Shown here: positions 37,511 to 48,524 of the stretch, one piece after another | Numbering within the stretch: position 1 is the first letter of the stretch | How the letters are laid out: the number at the start of each line of letters is the position of its first letter | Assembly (NCBI GenBank): GCA_963750285.1 | Contig: CAVVQA010000010.1 | Coordinates: forward strand, 113,058-177,057 | Source of the DNA: an uncultured Actinomycetota bacterium | Lineage (GTDB): Bacteria > Actinomycetota > Actinomycetes > Actinomycetales > CAWJMD01 | Reading direction: 5' to 3' | Length of the DNA stretch: 64,000 nt | Notes under the pieces: model-generated | The model's database searches: none | What the model was told of the DNA's origin: nothing | What the model saw: only the letters and a program-made list of their open reading frames with translations | Program-made: the position numbers and the translations under genes

Positions 37511-38150
37511 TCAGGTCGGCAGGGAGGTCACCAGCGCGGGGCGGTCCGGGTGCTCGCACCCGGGCCACCAGGTCGGCGCGGTCGGCGGGCCAGGTCTCCT
37601 CGGTGTAGCGGGCCCAGGCGCCGCGCACCCGCTCGAGGTCCTCGGGCGCCAGCCGCCGGGCGAGCGCGGCGTCGCCGGCCACCAGGTGCACGCCCACGTC
37701 GACGGCGTCGGCGGTCTCCCAGCGCAGCAGGAACGGCCCGTCGACGACCAGCGTGCTGCCGGGTGCGGCCTGCTCGCGCGGCGCCCGGGTGGCCCGGTCG
37801 GTCACGGGGTCCCACAGGGTGGGCAGCCAGCGCAGGTCGCCGTCCGGGCCGAGGGGGTCGAGCACCTCGCGGCGCAGCGCCAGGTGGTCGACCCAGCGCT
37901 CGTAGCCGGCGTCGGCGTCGTGCGGGCCGTGCTCCAGCCGCACCGAGCGGGGGCGCAGGAAGTCCTCGGCGTGCACCCGCAGCACCGGCTGCCCCTGCGC
38001 CGCCAGGTCGGCGGCGACGAGGTCGGCCAGCGAGCGGGCGTCCGCGGGGACGGCGGCGTCGACCGCCACCCGGACGCAGCCGCGGCCGGAGGCCAGCAGG
38101 TCGCGGGCCCGGTCGGCCACGAGCGCGGCGAGCCCCGCCGGGGTGACCGG
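37511..38150 (-). CDS. Conserved hypothetical protein (frameshifted); start not resolved
   Basis: Real-looking coding in ORF 37356-38450 from about aa 100 onward (LAALVADRARDLLASGRGCVRVAVDA...RWLPTLWDPVTDR...). The C-terminus ...EHPDRPALVTSLPT* is in a shifted frame ending ~37511. Confidence 0.35.
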
Positions 38151-38173
38151 TCGGACGTGCGGCCCGGCCGGGG

Positions 38174-38434
38174 TCAGGCCAGCGCCGCCTTGACCTGCCC
38201 GAGCGAGGGGTTGGTCAGCGCGCTGCCGTCCGGGAACAGGACCGTGGGGACGGTCTGGTTGCCGCCGTTGACCTGCATCACGAAGTCGGCCGCACCGGGC
38301 TCGTTCTCGATGTTCACCTCGGAGTACGCGATGCCCTCGCGGTCCAGGGCCTGCTTCAGCACGCGGCAGTAGCCGCACCAGGTGGTGCTGAACATCGTCA
38401 CGGTGCCGGCGGACGGCGTCGCGGGTGTCGTCAT
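38174..38434 (-). CDS. mrx1: Mycoredoxin (glutaredoxin-like, CGYC active site)
   Basis: VTMFSTTWCGYCRVLKQALDREGIAYSEVNIE... Confidence 0.85.
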   Translation of the reverse strand: MTTPATPSAGTVTMFSTTWCGYCRVLKQALDREGIAYSEVNIENEPGAADFVMQVNGGNQTVPTVLFPDGSALTNPSLGQVKAALA

Positions 38435-38500
38435 ACCAGGACCCAACCACCCGTCTCGACCGCCCATTCCGTCGGGTGTCGGCGGGCCGGGGCAGGATGG

Positions 38501-40616
38501 GTGCCGATGACGCTCCTGCCCACCACCCCCTCGTCGGCCGACGCCGTCCTCGAGGCGCTCGACCCCGAGCAGCGCGAGGTGGCCACCAGCCTGCGCGGTC
38601 CCCTCTGCGTGCTCGCGGGGGCCGGCACCGGCAAGACCCGCGCCATCACCCACCGCATCGCCTACGGGGTGCACTCGGGCATCTACGTCCCGCAGACCGT
38701 GCTGGCCGTCACCTTCACCGCCCGCGCCGCGGGGGAGATGCGCACCCGGCTGCGCGAGCTCGGCGTCGGCGGCGTGCAGGCGCGCACCTTCCACTCCGCC
38801 GCGCTGCGCCAGCTGCAGTTCTTCTGGCCGCAGGTGGTCGGCGGGGCGCGTGCCGTCGCTGGTCACGCAGAAGGCGCCGCTGGTCGGTGCCGCCGCCTCG
38901 CGGCTGCGGATCCAGGTCGACCGCGCCGCCGTGCGCGACCTCGCCGCCGAGATCGAGTGGGCCAAGGTCTCCATGGTCGAGCCCGACGACTACCCGGCGG
39001 CGGCCGAGCGGGCCGGCCGCAGCGGCGTCGCCGGCATGGCACCCGTCGCCGTGGCGCGGGTGCTGCGCGGCTACGAGGACGTCAAGACCGACCGCGGCGT
39101 GATCGACTTCGAGGACGTCCTGCTGCTCACCGCCGGCGTGCTGGAGGAGCGGCCCGACGTCGCCGCCACCGTGCGCGGGCAGTACCGGCACTTCGTGGTC
39201 GACGAGTACCAGGACGTCTCCGGCCTCCAGCAGCGGCTGCTCGACCTGTGGCTCGGCGACCGCGACGACCTGTGCGTGGTCGGCGACGCCAGCCAGACCA
39301 TCTACTCCTTCGCGGGCGCCGACCCGCAGCACCTGCTCGGCTTCCGCCGGCGCTACCCGCAGGCCGCCCTGGTGCAGCTGGTGCGCGACTACCGCTCCAC
39401 CCCGCAGGTGGTGGGCCTGGCCAACCGGCTGCTCGACCGCGCCCCCGCCTCCGCCCGCACCGCGCGGGTCGAGCTGGTGGCCCAGCGGCCCGCCGGGCCG
39501 GAGCCCGAGCTGCTCGAGCACGCCGACGACGTCGACGAGGCCGAGCAGGTCGCCACCCGCATCCGCGCGCTGGTCGACGGCGGCGTGCCCGCCCGCGAGA
39601 TCGCGGTGCTGTACCGCACCAACGGCCAGTCCGAGCCGCTCGAGCAGGCGCTCGCCGAACAAGGGCGTCGGCTACCTCCTGCGCGGCGGCGAGCGGTTCT
39701 TCCAGCGTCCCGAGGTGCGCGAGGCGGTGCTGCTGCTGCGCGGCGCCGCGCGCGGCGACGACGGCTCGTCCTCCCTCGGCGAGGCCGCCCGCGCCGTCCT
39801 CGGCCGGGGCGGGCTGGTCGCACGAGCCGCCCGCCGGCACCGGCGCGGTGCGCGAGCGCTGGGAGTCGCTGCAGGCGCTGGCCGCGCTCGCCGACGACCT
39901 CGACCGGGCCCGGCCCGGGGTGCGCCTGCCCGACCTGGTGGCCGAGCTCGAGGAGCGGGCCGCCGCCCAGCACGCGCCGGCCGTCGAGGGCGTCACCCTC
40001 GCCTCCCTGCACGCCGCCAAGGGCCTGGAGTGGGACGTCGTCGCGATCGTCGGGCTGTCCGAGGGGCTCGTGCCGATCTCGTTCGCCGCCGACTCGGCCG
40101 ACGCCGTGGAGGAGGAGCGCCGGCTGCTGTACGTCGGCGTCACCCGCGCGCGCGAGCGGCTGCTGCTGTCCTGGTCGCGCTCGCGCACCCCCGGCGGACG
40201 CGGCTCGCGGCGGCCCTCGCGGTTCCTCGACGGCCTGGTGCCGGGCAGCCGGCCGTCAGGCGCCGCCGGCCGCCCGGAGCAGCCGCAAGCGGCGCGCGTC
40301 GTCGCTGCACACCACCTGCCGCGGGTGCGGCGCGGCCCTGTCCACCGCGGTCGAGCGCAAGACCGGGCGCTGCTCGACCTGCCCGCCCGACCACGACGAG
40401 CAGCTGTTCGAGGCGCTGCGCGGGTGGCGGGCCGAGATCGCCAAGGAGCAGAAGGTGCCGGCGTACGTCGTCTTCACCGACGCCACGCTCGAGGCGCTCT
40501 CGTTCGCCAAACCCGTTGACGCACAAGGACTCCTGAAGATCTCCGGGATCGGCCGCACCAAGGTGGAGCGGTACGGCGAGGCGGTCCTCGACGTCGTCGC
40601 CAGAAGTTCTTCGTGA
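38501..40616 (+). CDS. uvrD2: ATP-dependent DNA helicase UvrD2-like (UvrD core plus C-terminal HRDC domain), several frameshifts
   Basis: CVLAGAGTGKTRAITHRIAY, VVDEYQDVS, VVGDASQTIYSFAGA, ASLHAAKGLEWDVV, a Cys4 linker, and the HRDC region (EALRGWRAEIAKEQKVPAYVVFTDATLEAL). Confidence 0.8.
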
Positions 40617-40629
40617 CGTCCTCGTTAAT

Positions 40630-40690
40630 GTCGTTGCCCCGCGCGAGCCGGGCCGTCTAACCTGATCGACGCAGCCCGGAGCGGGTTGTC
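40630..40690 (+). promoter_or_regulatory. Candidate whiB7 promoter with an AT-rich element just upstream of the -35 (cgttaatgtcg; TTGCCC-N18-TAACCT)
   Basis: An AT-rich patch at ~40635-40645 in otherwise GC-rich DNA. WhiB7 proteins bind AT-rich DNA next to their own -35 via the AT-hook. Confidence 0.35.
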
Positions 40691-40750
40691 GCAGCTACCG
40701 GCCGTGCGTGGCACACGGACCGGCGACCGAGGGAGAGGAGGGGACACCTG

Positions 40751-40990
40751 ATGGAGAGCACGAAGTCGATGCAGCTGGTCGCGCTGTCGCGCGCCGGGTA
40801 CCAGGTCCCCTCCGCGGACCTGGGCAAGCGGTGCGTCCAGGGCGATCTGCTCGTGACCAGGGGACAGGTGCGCCCGATCCAGGGTGCCGTCGCCGGTTTC
40901 CCGGTCCGCATCCGCCCCGCCGCCTTCCCGATCCCCGCCACCCAGCTCACGGGCTCCGTCCCGCCTGGAGGCCACCGGTTCGAGACGTAG
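40751..40990 (+). CDS. Upstream ORF (79 codons) in the whiB7 5' leader; candidate attenuator uORF
   Basis: A strong RBS gggagaggagggg lies 7 nt before the ATG. It sits in the ~580-nt leader between the uvrD2 stop and the whiB7 start. Confidence 0.4.
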   Translation: MESTKSMQLVALSRAGYQVPSADLGKRCVQGDLLVTRGQVRPIQGAVAGFPVRIRPAAFPIPATQLTGSVPPGGHRFET

Positions 40991-41194
40991 GTCGACCCCG
41001 AGTCGACCGAGGTCGACCCACCGGAGCCACCAGGCCGCGGATCCCCGAGAGGGATACCGCGGCCTTTCTCGTCCCCCACGAGGCGCTCCGGCACAGGAGC
41101 GCTGCACCGGCCCAGAACGGGCCAGCACGCAACGTCTGACCGACGACCCGCTCCAGGCCACCACCCGTGGCCCGACCTCCAGGAGGTGCCCGCG

Positions 41195-41632
41195 ATGCAG
41201 CTCGCGGCACTGCTCGACCGGCTCCACGACTCGCTCGACGAGCTCGAGCCGGACCACCAGGTGGCCACCTCGGCCTCCGCGACCCCGTGCCAGCAGGGCG
41301 ACGGCGAGCTCTGGTTCGCCGACGCCCCGAAGGACGTCGAGGCGGCCAAGGCTCTCTGCGAGACCTGCCCGGCCGTCACCGCGTGCCTCGCCGGCGCCCT
41401 CGAGCGGCGTGAGCCGTGGGGCGTCTGGGGCGGTCAGCTCTTCGAGAACGGCGTCGTGGTCGCGCGCAAGCGGCCCCGGGGCCGGCCCCGCAAGGACGAC
41501 CCGCGCTACACCGAGCCGGCCTCGGCCGCCCGGTCGGCGCACGACGCCGCCCTGCAGCTCGTGCAGGCCGCCGGGTTCGAGATCTCGCCGGTCCCGCGGC
41601 AGCGGGACTCCGGCGACGAGCTCGTCGCCTGA
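41195..41632 (+). CDS. whiB7: WhiB-family regulator with C-terminal AT-hook (WhiB7-like)
   Basis: Four Cys (C..QGDGELWFAD, CETCPAVTAC), GVWGG, and the AT-hook RGRPRK. An RBS aggagg precedes the ATG. Confidence 0.8.
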   Translation: MQLAALLDRLHDSLDELEPDHQVATSASATPCQQGDGELWFADAPKDVEAAKALCETCPAVTACLAGALERREPWGVWGGQLFENGVVVARKRPRGRPRKDDPRYTEPASAARSAHDAALQLVQAAGFEISPVPRQRDSGDELVA

Positions 41633-41690
41633 CCGGCTGACCGCCTGTGACCACCGCATCCGTGAACGCCTCACCGACAGGAGCACCACC

Positions 41691-41864
41691 GTGTACAGCG
41701 AGCACCAGCTGGCCCTCGCGCGACAGCGCGAGGACCAGCGATCCGCGGAGCAGCACCGCCTCGTGCTGGCGCTGCTCACCCAGCGCCGGGCGCGCCGGCT
41801 CGAGCGTCGCGCCGACCAGGCGCTGGCCCGGGCCGGCCGTGCCGCCCGGCTGGTGGCCGTCTGA
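41691..41864 (+). CDS. Small basic coiled-coil protein (hypothetical)
   Basis: RBS aggag then a GTG start. VYSEHQLALARQREDQRSAEQHRLVLALLTQRRARRLERRADQALARAGRAARLVAV. Confidence 0.3.
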   Translation: MYSEHQLALARQREDQRSAEQHRLVLALLTQRRARRLERRADQALARAGRAARLVAV

Positions 41865-41961
41865 CCGCCACCACCCCCACAGCCAGACCCGTCCGAGACT
41901 CTCGGGCGGGTCTGGCTGCTTTCCAGGACGGGCGCCGTCGGCCCGGTCTAGGCTCGCGGCC

Positions 41962-42129
41962 GTGCCCGACGTGGTGTGCCAGCGGTGCGGCACGCGCTCG
42001 CCCTCCGAACCGCCGCCCCTGGGGTGGTCGCCCGGGATCGAGCGCGGACGCACGAGGTGGGTCTGCGAGCAGTGCGCTCGCGAGAACATGCGCAGCATCG
42101 AGGGCAAGCTCGACGAGGAGTGGTGGTGA
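41962..42129 (+). CDS. Small zinc-ribbon protein (two CxxC pairs)
   Basis: VPDVVCQRCGTRS...WVCEQCARENMRSIEGKLDEEWW. Confidence 0.45.
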   Translation: MPDVVCQRCGTRSPSEPPPLGWSPGIERGRTRWVCEQCARENMRSIEGKLDEEWW

Positions 42130-42183
42130 GCGCGGCTCTGCGCCCACCCGGACGGACCCAGACGATCTCGAGGGAGACCCGCG

Positions 42184-42891
42184 TTGCGTAGCCAGCTGTT
42201 CGACGCCCAGCACACCGCCCCCCTGACCTCCCAGGAGCGCTGGGCCACCCAGAGCTCGAAGATGCTCCGCGTGGGCCTCGGACCGGACGTGCTCGCCGCC
42301 AAGGGCGCGATGGTCGCCTACACCGGCCAGCTCACCTTCGCGCACGAGGGCGCGGGCTCGATGGGCCGCCTGGTGCGCCGGATGATCAGCTCCGACGACG
42401 CACCGCTGATGCGGGTCGCGGGCCAGGGCCTGTGCTACTTCGCCCGGCTGGCCGAGGACATCTTCATGATCGAGCTCGAGGGCGACTCGATCAGCATCGG
42501 CGGGTCGAACCTGCTCGCCTTCGACGCCTCGCTCAACTGGGACATCAAGCGGGTGCAGGGCATCGGGGCGATGGCCTCGGCCGGTCTGTTCAACACCGTG
42601 ATCGAGGGCCGCGGCACCGTGGCGATCACCTCCGACGGCCCCCCGATGCTGATGGACTGCTCGCAGCAGCCGGTCTTCGTCGACCCGCAGGCGATCCTCG
42701 GCTGGTCGGCGAACCTGGTCCCCGGCGTGGTCCGCTCCGCCGGGCTCGGGGCGCTGATCGGCCGCGGCTCGGGCGAGGCGTTCCAGCTGGCGTTCCACGG
42801 TCCCGGCTTCGCGATCGTCCAGCCCAGCGAGGGCGCGCCCGCCCCGGCGGGCGGCGGCGGTGGTGGCGGCATCGGCGCCCTGTTCGGCTGA
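42184..42891 (+). CDS. AIM24-family (DUF124) protein
   Basis: TTG start, 235 aa, with a Gly-rich C-terminus. The pattern is typical of the AIM24 family. Confidence 0.65.
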   Translation: MRSQLFDAQHTAPLTSQERWATQSSKMLRVGLGPDVLAAKGAMVAYTGQLTFAHEGAGSMGRLVRRMISSDDAPLMRVAGQGLCYFARLAEDIFMIELEGDSISIGGSNLLAFDASLNWDIKRVQGIGAMASAGLFNTVIEGRGTVAITSDGPPMLMDCSQQPVFVDPQAILGWSANLVPGVVRSAGLGALIGRGSGEAFQLAFHGPGFAIVQPSEGAPAPAGGGGGGGIGALFG

Positions 42892-42901
42892 GCGTCCGAT
42901 C

Positions 42902-43861
42902 GTGGTGAAGCCGTTCCGGTTCCTCGCCGAGGCCAGGTCCGCGGCCTCGGCGAGGGAGCTGGGCGAGACCGCGCGCCGCGCCGAGGCGTCCGGGATCGAC
43001 GTCCTGGTCTTCCCCGACCACCTGATCGACCAGCTCTCGCCCGTGCCGGCGATGACGGCCGCCGCGGTGGCGACCACCACGCTGCGGGTGGCGCCGTTCG
43101 TCCTCAACAACGACCTGCGGCACCCGGCCGTGCTCGCGCAGGACCTCGCCAGCCTCGACGTGCTGAGCGAGGGCCGGCTCGAGATCGCGATCGGCGCGGG
43201 CTGGAACCGTCCGGAGTACGACGCGATCGGGCTGCCGTTCGACCGCACCCCGGTGCGGCAGGCGCGGCTGGCCGAGGCGCTGGAGGTGCTCGCGGGCTGC
43301 TTCGCCGACGGCGAGTTCTCCTACGCCGGCGAGCACTACCGGATCGAGGGCTACGACGCGATGCCCAAGCCGGTGCAGCGTCCGCACCCGCCGTTCTTCG
43401 TCGGCGGCGGCGGACGGCGCACCCTCGAGCTGGCCGCCCGGCACGCGCAGACCGTGGGTCTGGCGCCGCGGCTGCTGCGCTCGGCGCTGGACGGCGGCCC
43501 GGTCGCCGACCCGGCGAGCGTCACCTTCGCCGGGACGGCCGAGAAGGTCGGCTGGGTGCGGGCCGCGGCGGGGGACCGGTTCGAGGAGATCGAGCTCAAC
43601 GTCTACCCGTCGATGTACCCGGTGACGGTGACCGACGACCCGGCCCCGCACCTGGAGGAGCTCGCCGCGAGCCTGGCCGCGCGGGCCGACCAGCACGTGA
43701 CGCCCGAGATGCTCGCCGACAGCCCGCACGTGTTCGTGGGGTCGGTCGGCGCGCTGGCCGACAAGCTCCAGCGGTGCCGCGAGGAGCTCGGCATCAGCTC
43801 GGTGATGGTGGGCCAGGTGGGCGAGCTGGACGACCTGGTCGCCCGGCTCGCCGGCACCTGA
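42902..43861 (+). CDS. LLM-class (luciferase-like) F420-dependent oxidoreductase
   Basis: TIM-barrel LLM motifs (VLVFPDHL, EIAIGAGW, FFVGGGG). Confidence 0.75.
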   Translation: MVKPFRFLAEARSAASARELGETARRAEASGIDVLVFPDHLIDQLSPVPAMTAAAVATTTLRVAPFVLNNDLRHPAVLAQDLASLDVLSEGRLEIAIGAGWNRPEYDAIGLPFDRTPVRQARLAEALEVLAGCFADGEFSYAGEHYRIEGYDAMPKPVQRPHPPFFVGGGGRRTLELAARHAQTVGLAPRLLRSALDGGPVADPASVTFAGTAEKVGWVRAAAGDRFEEIELNVYPSMYPVTVTDDPAPHLEELAASLAARADQHVTPEMLADSPHVFVGSVGALADKLQRCREELGISSVMVGQVGELDDLVARLAGT

Positions 43862-43900
43862 CCCACCACCGTTCCCGAGGGGACCGGGTCGGAGGGTCGG

Positions 43901-45500
43901 TCAGTCGCCGATCGTCGGGATCAGCTGCGGCGCCACGCGGACGTCGGTGTGCTGCTCGAACGAGTAGGCGAGGGAGAGCATCTCGGCGTCCGACCACCGA
44001 GCACCGAAGAAGCTCACTCCGACCGGGAGCGGGCCGGAGTAGCCCGCCGGGACGGTGACGTTCGGGTACCCGGCCACGGCGGCCGGCCCGGACGAGCCGA
44101 ACACGAAGGCGTCGCCCTCACCCAGGGTGCTGACCCACGCCGGGCTGTTCGTCGGCGCCATGATCGCGTCGAGGTCGTACGTCGCCAGCGTCTCGTCGAT
44201 CGAGGCGCGGGCGGCGCCGGTGGCCGCGGTCCGGGCGGCCCGGGCCTCGGCGGAGCCGGCCGGCGGTGCGTCGACGGCCAGCTGGAAGATCTCCTGGCCG
44301 AAGTACTGCAGCTCCACCGGGTCGCGCTCGTTGAAGCGGATCAGGCCCTCGAGGGTGCCCGGGTGGCGCCCCGGGGTGGAGCGGAGGTACTTCTCGACGT
44401 CGCGCTCGAACTCCGAGAGCAGCGCCGGGAACTCGTTCTCGTCGATGACGTCCTGGTACGGCAGCTCGACGTCGACCGCGGTGCCCCCGGCGGCCTCGAT
44501 GGCGGCCACCGCCTGCTCGGTGATCGCGTCGGTCTCCGGCGAGCCGGTGGCGCCGCGCAGCCAGACGCCGATGCGGGCACCGTCGAGGGAGTCGGCGTCC
44601 AGGGCCTTGGCGTAGTTGCGGGTCTGGTCCGCGGGGATCGCACCGGTCGCGGGGTCCTTGCGGTCGCGCCCCTGCAGCACGTTCAGCATCAGGGCGGCGT
44701 CGATCGCGTGCCGGGCCATCGGGCCGGCGGTGTCCTGGTCGGCCGAGATCGGCACGATGCCGTCGCGGCTGACCAGGCCGAGGGTCGGCTTGACCCCGAC
44801 GAGCCCGTTCGCGGCCGAGGGGCACACGATCGAGCCGTCGGTCTCGGTGCCGACCGCGACCTGGGCGAGGGACGCCGCGACGCCGGCGGCCGAGCCGGAC
44901 GAGGAGCCGCACGGGTTGCGGTCCAGCACGTAGGCGTTCGAGGTCAGGCCACCGACCGCCGACCAGCCGCTGGTGGACGTCGTGGACCGGAAGTTCGCCC
45001 ACTCCGACAGGTTCGCCTTGCCGATGACGACGGCGCCCGCCTCGTGCAGCTTCCGCACGATGGTGGCGTCGTCCGGGCGGCCGCCGAGCAGGGCGCGCGA
45101 GCCGGCGGTGGCGCCCTGCGCCTCGGTGTCGATGTTGTCCTTGAGCAGCACCGGGACGCCCTCGAGCGAGCTGCGCGCGCCGTGGTGGCGGCGCTGCTTG
45201 TCGCTGGCAGCGGCCTCCTTCTGCGCGAGGGGGTTCACCTCGAGGACGGCGTTCAGCCGGCCGTCCAGGCGCTTGATGCGCTGCAGGTACGCGGCGGTGA
45301 GGTCGACGGAGGTGAGCCGGCCCTGGCGCATCTCCTGCTGGATGAGCGGGGATGGTGGCGGCGTCCAGGTCGCGCAGGACCTGGGAGCGGTGGTGGCCGC
45401 CGCCGGCCTGGGCGGCGGGGACGAGACCCAGGCCGAGCGCGACGGCGAGGAGGGCGACGAGGAGGGCGGAGCGGGTCCTGCGGGGGGAGCGGTGGCTCAT
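43901..45500 (-). CDS. Secreted amidase (amidase signature family), frameshift near 45345
   Basis: A signal peptide MSHRSPRRTRSALLVALLAVALGLGLVPAAQA in frame 44118-45500. The mature AS enzyme is in frame 43901-45331 (GGSSSGSAAGVAA, KDNID). Confidence 0.75.
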
Positions 45501-45625
45501 GGGGGAGCCTTCCGTGCCGGGGCCCCGGGCGGTCGGCAGGGCCGGTCCGGACCTGACGAAAGCACACCAGTGTCGGTCGGGGCCAGTCCTACTCGACCGG
45601 TACGCCCCGGGTAGGCTCGTGGATC

Positions 45626-46753
45626 GTGGCTGCCGTCGACTTCCCCGCCGAGATCAAGAGCCTGCGCACGACCTACGAGTCGATCGTGGAGGTCTCCGAC
45701 CTCGTCGGCCTGCGCGCCCGGATCCAGGAGCTGTCCGACCAGGCGTCCGCCCCCAACCTGTGGGACGACCCCGAGGCCGCGCAGAAGGTCACCAGCGCCC
45801 TGTCGCACCAGCAGTCCGAGCTCGACCGGGTCGAGAACATGGGCGCGCGGATCGACGACCTCGAGGTGCTGGCCGAGATGGCCGCCGAGGAGTCCGACGC
45901 CGCCGTGCTCGAGGAGTCGCTGGTCGAGCTCGGGGCGGTGCGCAAGCAGCTCGGCGAGCTCGAGGTCCGCACCCTGCTGTCCGGCGAGTACGACGAGCGC
46001 GAGGCGCTGGTGACGATCCGGGCCGAGGCCGGCGGCGTCGACGCCGCCGACTTCGCCGAGATGCTGCTGCGGATGTACCTGCGCTGGGCCGAGCGCCGCG
46101 GGTACCCCACCGACGTCTTCGACACCTCCTACGCCGAGGAGGCGGGCATCAAGTCCGCCACCTTCCGGGTCAGCGCCCCGTACGCCTACGGGACGCTGTC
46201 GGTCGAGCAGGGCACCCACCGCCTGGTGCGGATCTCCCCGTTCGACAACCAGGGCCGCCGCCAGACCTCCTTCGCGGGCGTCGAGGTGCTCCCCGACGTC
46301 GCCGAGACCGATCACATCGAGATCCCCGAGAACGACCTGCGGATCGACGTGTTCCGCTCCTCGGGCCCGGGCGGGCAGAGCGTCAACACCACCGACTCGG
46401 CGGTGCGGCTCACCCACATCCCGAGCGGCATCGTGGTGTCCTGCCAGAACGAGAAGTCGCAGCTGCAGAACAAGGCCGCGGCGATGCGGGTGATGCAGGC
46501 CAAGCTGCTGGAGCGGGCGCGCAAGGAGCGCCAGGCCGAGCTCGACGCCCTCAAGGGCGACGACTCCGGCTCGTGGGGCAACCAGATGCGCTCCTACGTC
46601 CTGCACCCGTACCAGATGGTCAAGGACCTGCGCACCGAGCACGAGGTGGGCAACACCTCCGGCGTCTTCGACGGCGACATCGACGACTTCCTCGAGGCCG
46701 GGATCCGCTGGCGCAAGCACGGCGAGCAGGCCGCGGCGGCCGCCGCCGGCTGA
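45626..46753 (+). CDS. prfB: Peptide chain release factor 2
   Basis: [14 protein letters not shown], a GGQ motif ([11 protein letters not shown]), and a contiguous ORF from a GTG start with no programmed frameshift. Confidence 0.9.
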   Translation: MAAVDFPAEIKSLRTTYESIVEVSDLVGLRARIQELSDQASAPNLWDDPEAAQKVTSALSHQQSELDRVENMGARIDDLEVLAEMAAEESDAAVLEESLVELGAVRKQLGELEVRTLLSGEYDEREALVTIRAEAGGVDAADFAEMLLRMYLRWAERRGYPTDVFDTSYAEEAGIKSATFRVSAPYAYGTLSVEQGTHRLVRISPFDNQGRRQTSFAGVEVLPDVAETDHIEIPENDLRIDVFRSSGPGGQSVNTTDSAVRLTHIPSGIVVSCQNEKSQLQNKAAAMRVMQAKLLERARKERQAELDALKGDDSGSWGNQMRSYVLHPYQMVKDLRTEHEVGNTSGVFDGDIDDFLEAGIRWRKHGEQAAAAAAG

Positions 46754-46837
46754 CGCCGCCGGCTGACGACGCAGGGGGACACGCACCCTCCCGGCGGTCC
46801 CGGGAACCCTCAGGAACCGGACGTATGCTCGACCCTC

Positions 46838-47533
46838 GTGATCCGCTTCGACTCCGTGTCCAAGGTGTACGACGTGCGGACGCGTGCTGCCCTCGAGGAC
46901 GTCTCGATCGAGGTCGACCGCGGCGAGTTCGTCTTCCTGGTCGGTGCCTCGGGGTCGGGCAAGTCCACCTTCCTGCGTCTGGTGCTGCGCGAGGAGAAGG
47001 CCACGTCGGGCTCGGTGCACGTGGCCGGGCGCGACCTCGCGCACCTGTCGTCGTGGAAGGTGCCGCACCTGCGGCGCCAGATCGGCGCGGTGTTCCAGGA
47101 CTTCCGGCTGCTGCCGAACAAGAACGTCTACGAGAACGTCGCGTTCGCGCTGCAGGTGATCGGACGGTCGCGGCACGCGATCCGGCAGACCGTCCCCGAG
47201 ACCCTCGAGCTGGTCGGTCTGGGCGGCAAGGAGAAGCGGCGGCCGCACGAGCTGTCCGGCGGTGAGCAGCAGCGGGTGGCGATCGCCCGCGCGTTCGTGA
47301 ACCGGCCCGCGATCCTGCTCGCCGACGAGCCCACCGGCAACCTCGACCCCACCACCAGCGTCGGCATCATGAAGCTGCTGGACCGGATCAACCGCACCGG
47401 CACCACGATCGTGATGGCCACCCACGACGACGAGATCGTCGACCAGATGCGCAAGCGCGTGATCGAGCTCGACGACGGCCGCGTCACGCGCGACGAGTCC
47501 AGCGGCGTCTACGGCATGAAGCGGAGCTCCTGA
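46838..47533 (+). CDS. ftsE: Cell-division ABC ATPase FtsE
   Basis: [34 protein letters not shown]. Confidence 0.9.
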   Translation: MIRFDSVSKVYDVRTRAALEDVSIEVDRGEFVFLVGASGSGKSTFLRLVLREEKATSGSVHVAGRDLAHLSSWKVPHLRRQIGAVFQDFRLLPNKNVYENVAFALQVIGRSRHAIRQTVPETLELVGLGGKEKRRPHELSGGEQQRVAIARAFVNRPAILLADEPTGNLDPTTSVGIMKLLDRINRTGTTIVMATHDDEIVDQMRKRVIELDDGRVTRDESSGVYGMKRSS

Positions 47534-47537
47534 CCCC

Positions 47538-48455
47538 ATGCGTGTGCAGTTCATCCTCGAACAGCTGTGGAAGGGCCTGGCGCGCAACATCGCCATGGTC
47601 GTGTCGGTCGTCATCGTGACGTCGATGTCGCTGTTCTTCGTCGGCGGCGCCCTGCTGTTCCAGCAGCAGATCGACACCATGAAGGACTACTGGTACGACC
47701 GGGTCCAGGTCTCGATCTTCCTGTGCAGCGAGGGCAGCGAGGCGCCCACGTGCACCGCGGGCGCGGCCGACGACGCCGTCCGCGACCAGATCGAGTCCGA
47801 CCTGGAGTCGCCGGCGCTGGAGACCTACGTCGACGAGGTCTTCTACGAGAACAAGGACGAGGCGTTCGACCGGTTCCAGGAGCAGTTCGAGGACACCCCG
47901 GCGATCACCGAGAACGTCACGGCCGAGCAGATGCCGGAGTCGTTCCGGGTCAAGCTCAAGGATCCCGAGAAGTACGAGGTGGTCTCGCAGTTCTTCTCCG
48001 GCCGGTCCGGGGTCGAGGAGGTCGTCGACCAGCGCGAGCTGCTCGACACCTTCTTCAAGTTCCTCAACCTGCTGACGGCGGGGGCGGTGGTGCTGGCCGT
48101 CTTCATGCTCGTCGCGGCGACGCTGCTCGTGGCCACGACGATCCGGCTGGCGGCGGTGAGCCGTCGCCGCGAGACCGAGATCATGCGGCTGGTCGGTGCC
48201 TCCAAGACGCTGCTCCAGCTGCCGTTCATGCTCGAGGGCATCATCACCGTCGCCCTCGGGGCGGCGCTGGCCGTCGCGGGGTGGTGGGTGGTCGTCAAGT
48301 ACGTCGTGCAGGGCGTGCTGGTCTCGGACCTGCCCCTGTTCAACTACATCGGCACGGGTGCGGTCTGGGCGATGGCGCCCTGGCTGTTCGCGCTCGGAGT
48401 GCTCCTGGCCAGCGTGTCGTCCTTGGTCACGCTGTCCCGGTACCTCAAGGTGTAG
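47538..48455 (+). CDS. ftsX: Cell-division ABC permease-like protein FtsX
   Basis: An N-terminal TM, a large extracellular domain, and a C-terminal three-TM FtsX fold. It lies immediately after ftsE. Confidence 0.9.
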   Translation: MRVQFILEQLWKGLARNIAMVVSVVIVTSMSLFFVGGALLFQQQIDTMKDYWYDRVQVSIFLCSEGSEAPTCTAGAADDAVRDQIESDLESPALETYVDEVFYENKDEAFDRFQEQFEDTPAITENVTAEQMPESFRVKLKDPEKYEVVSQFFSGRSGVEEVVDQRELLDTFFKFLNLLTAGAVVLAVFMLVAATLLVATTIRLAAVSRRRETEIMRLVGASKTLLQLPFMLEGIITVALGAALAVAGWWVVVKYVVQGVLVSDLPLFNYIGTGAVWAMAPWLFALGVLLASVSSLVTLSRYLKV

Positions 48456-48524
48456 GGGCGCCACCACCTCCACCAGACACCTCCCACCAGGCCCGGTCCC
48501 GACTTCCCCTCAGGAGCCAGCCCC

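Noticed and set aside
40625-41779. A 384-aa minus-strand ORF across the whiB7 leader and gene.
   Set aside because: Antisense to a recognisable WhiB7 protein and uORF, with low-complexity composition.
45626-45720. Checked prfB for the programmed +1 frameshift site.
   Set aside because: The ORF is contiguous from its GTG start, so no frameshift element is present, as is usual for high-GC Gram-positive prfB.
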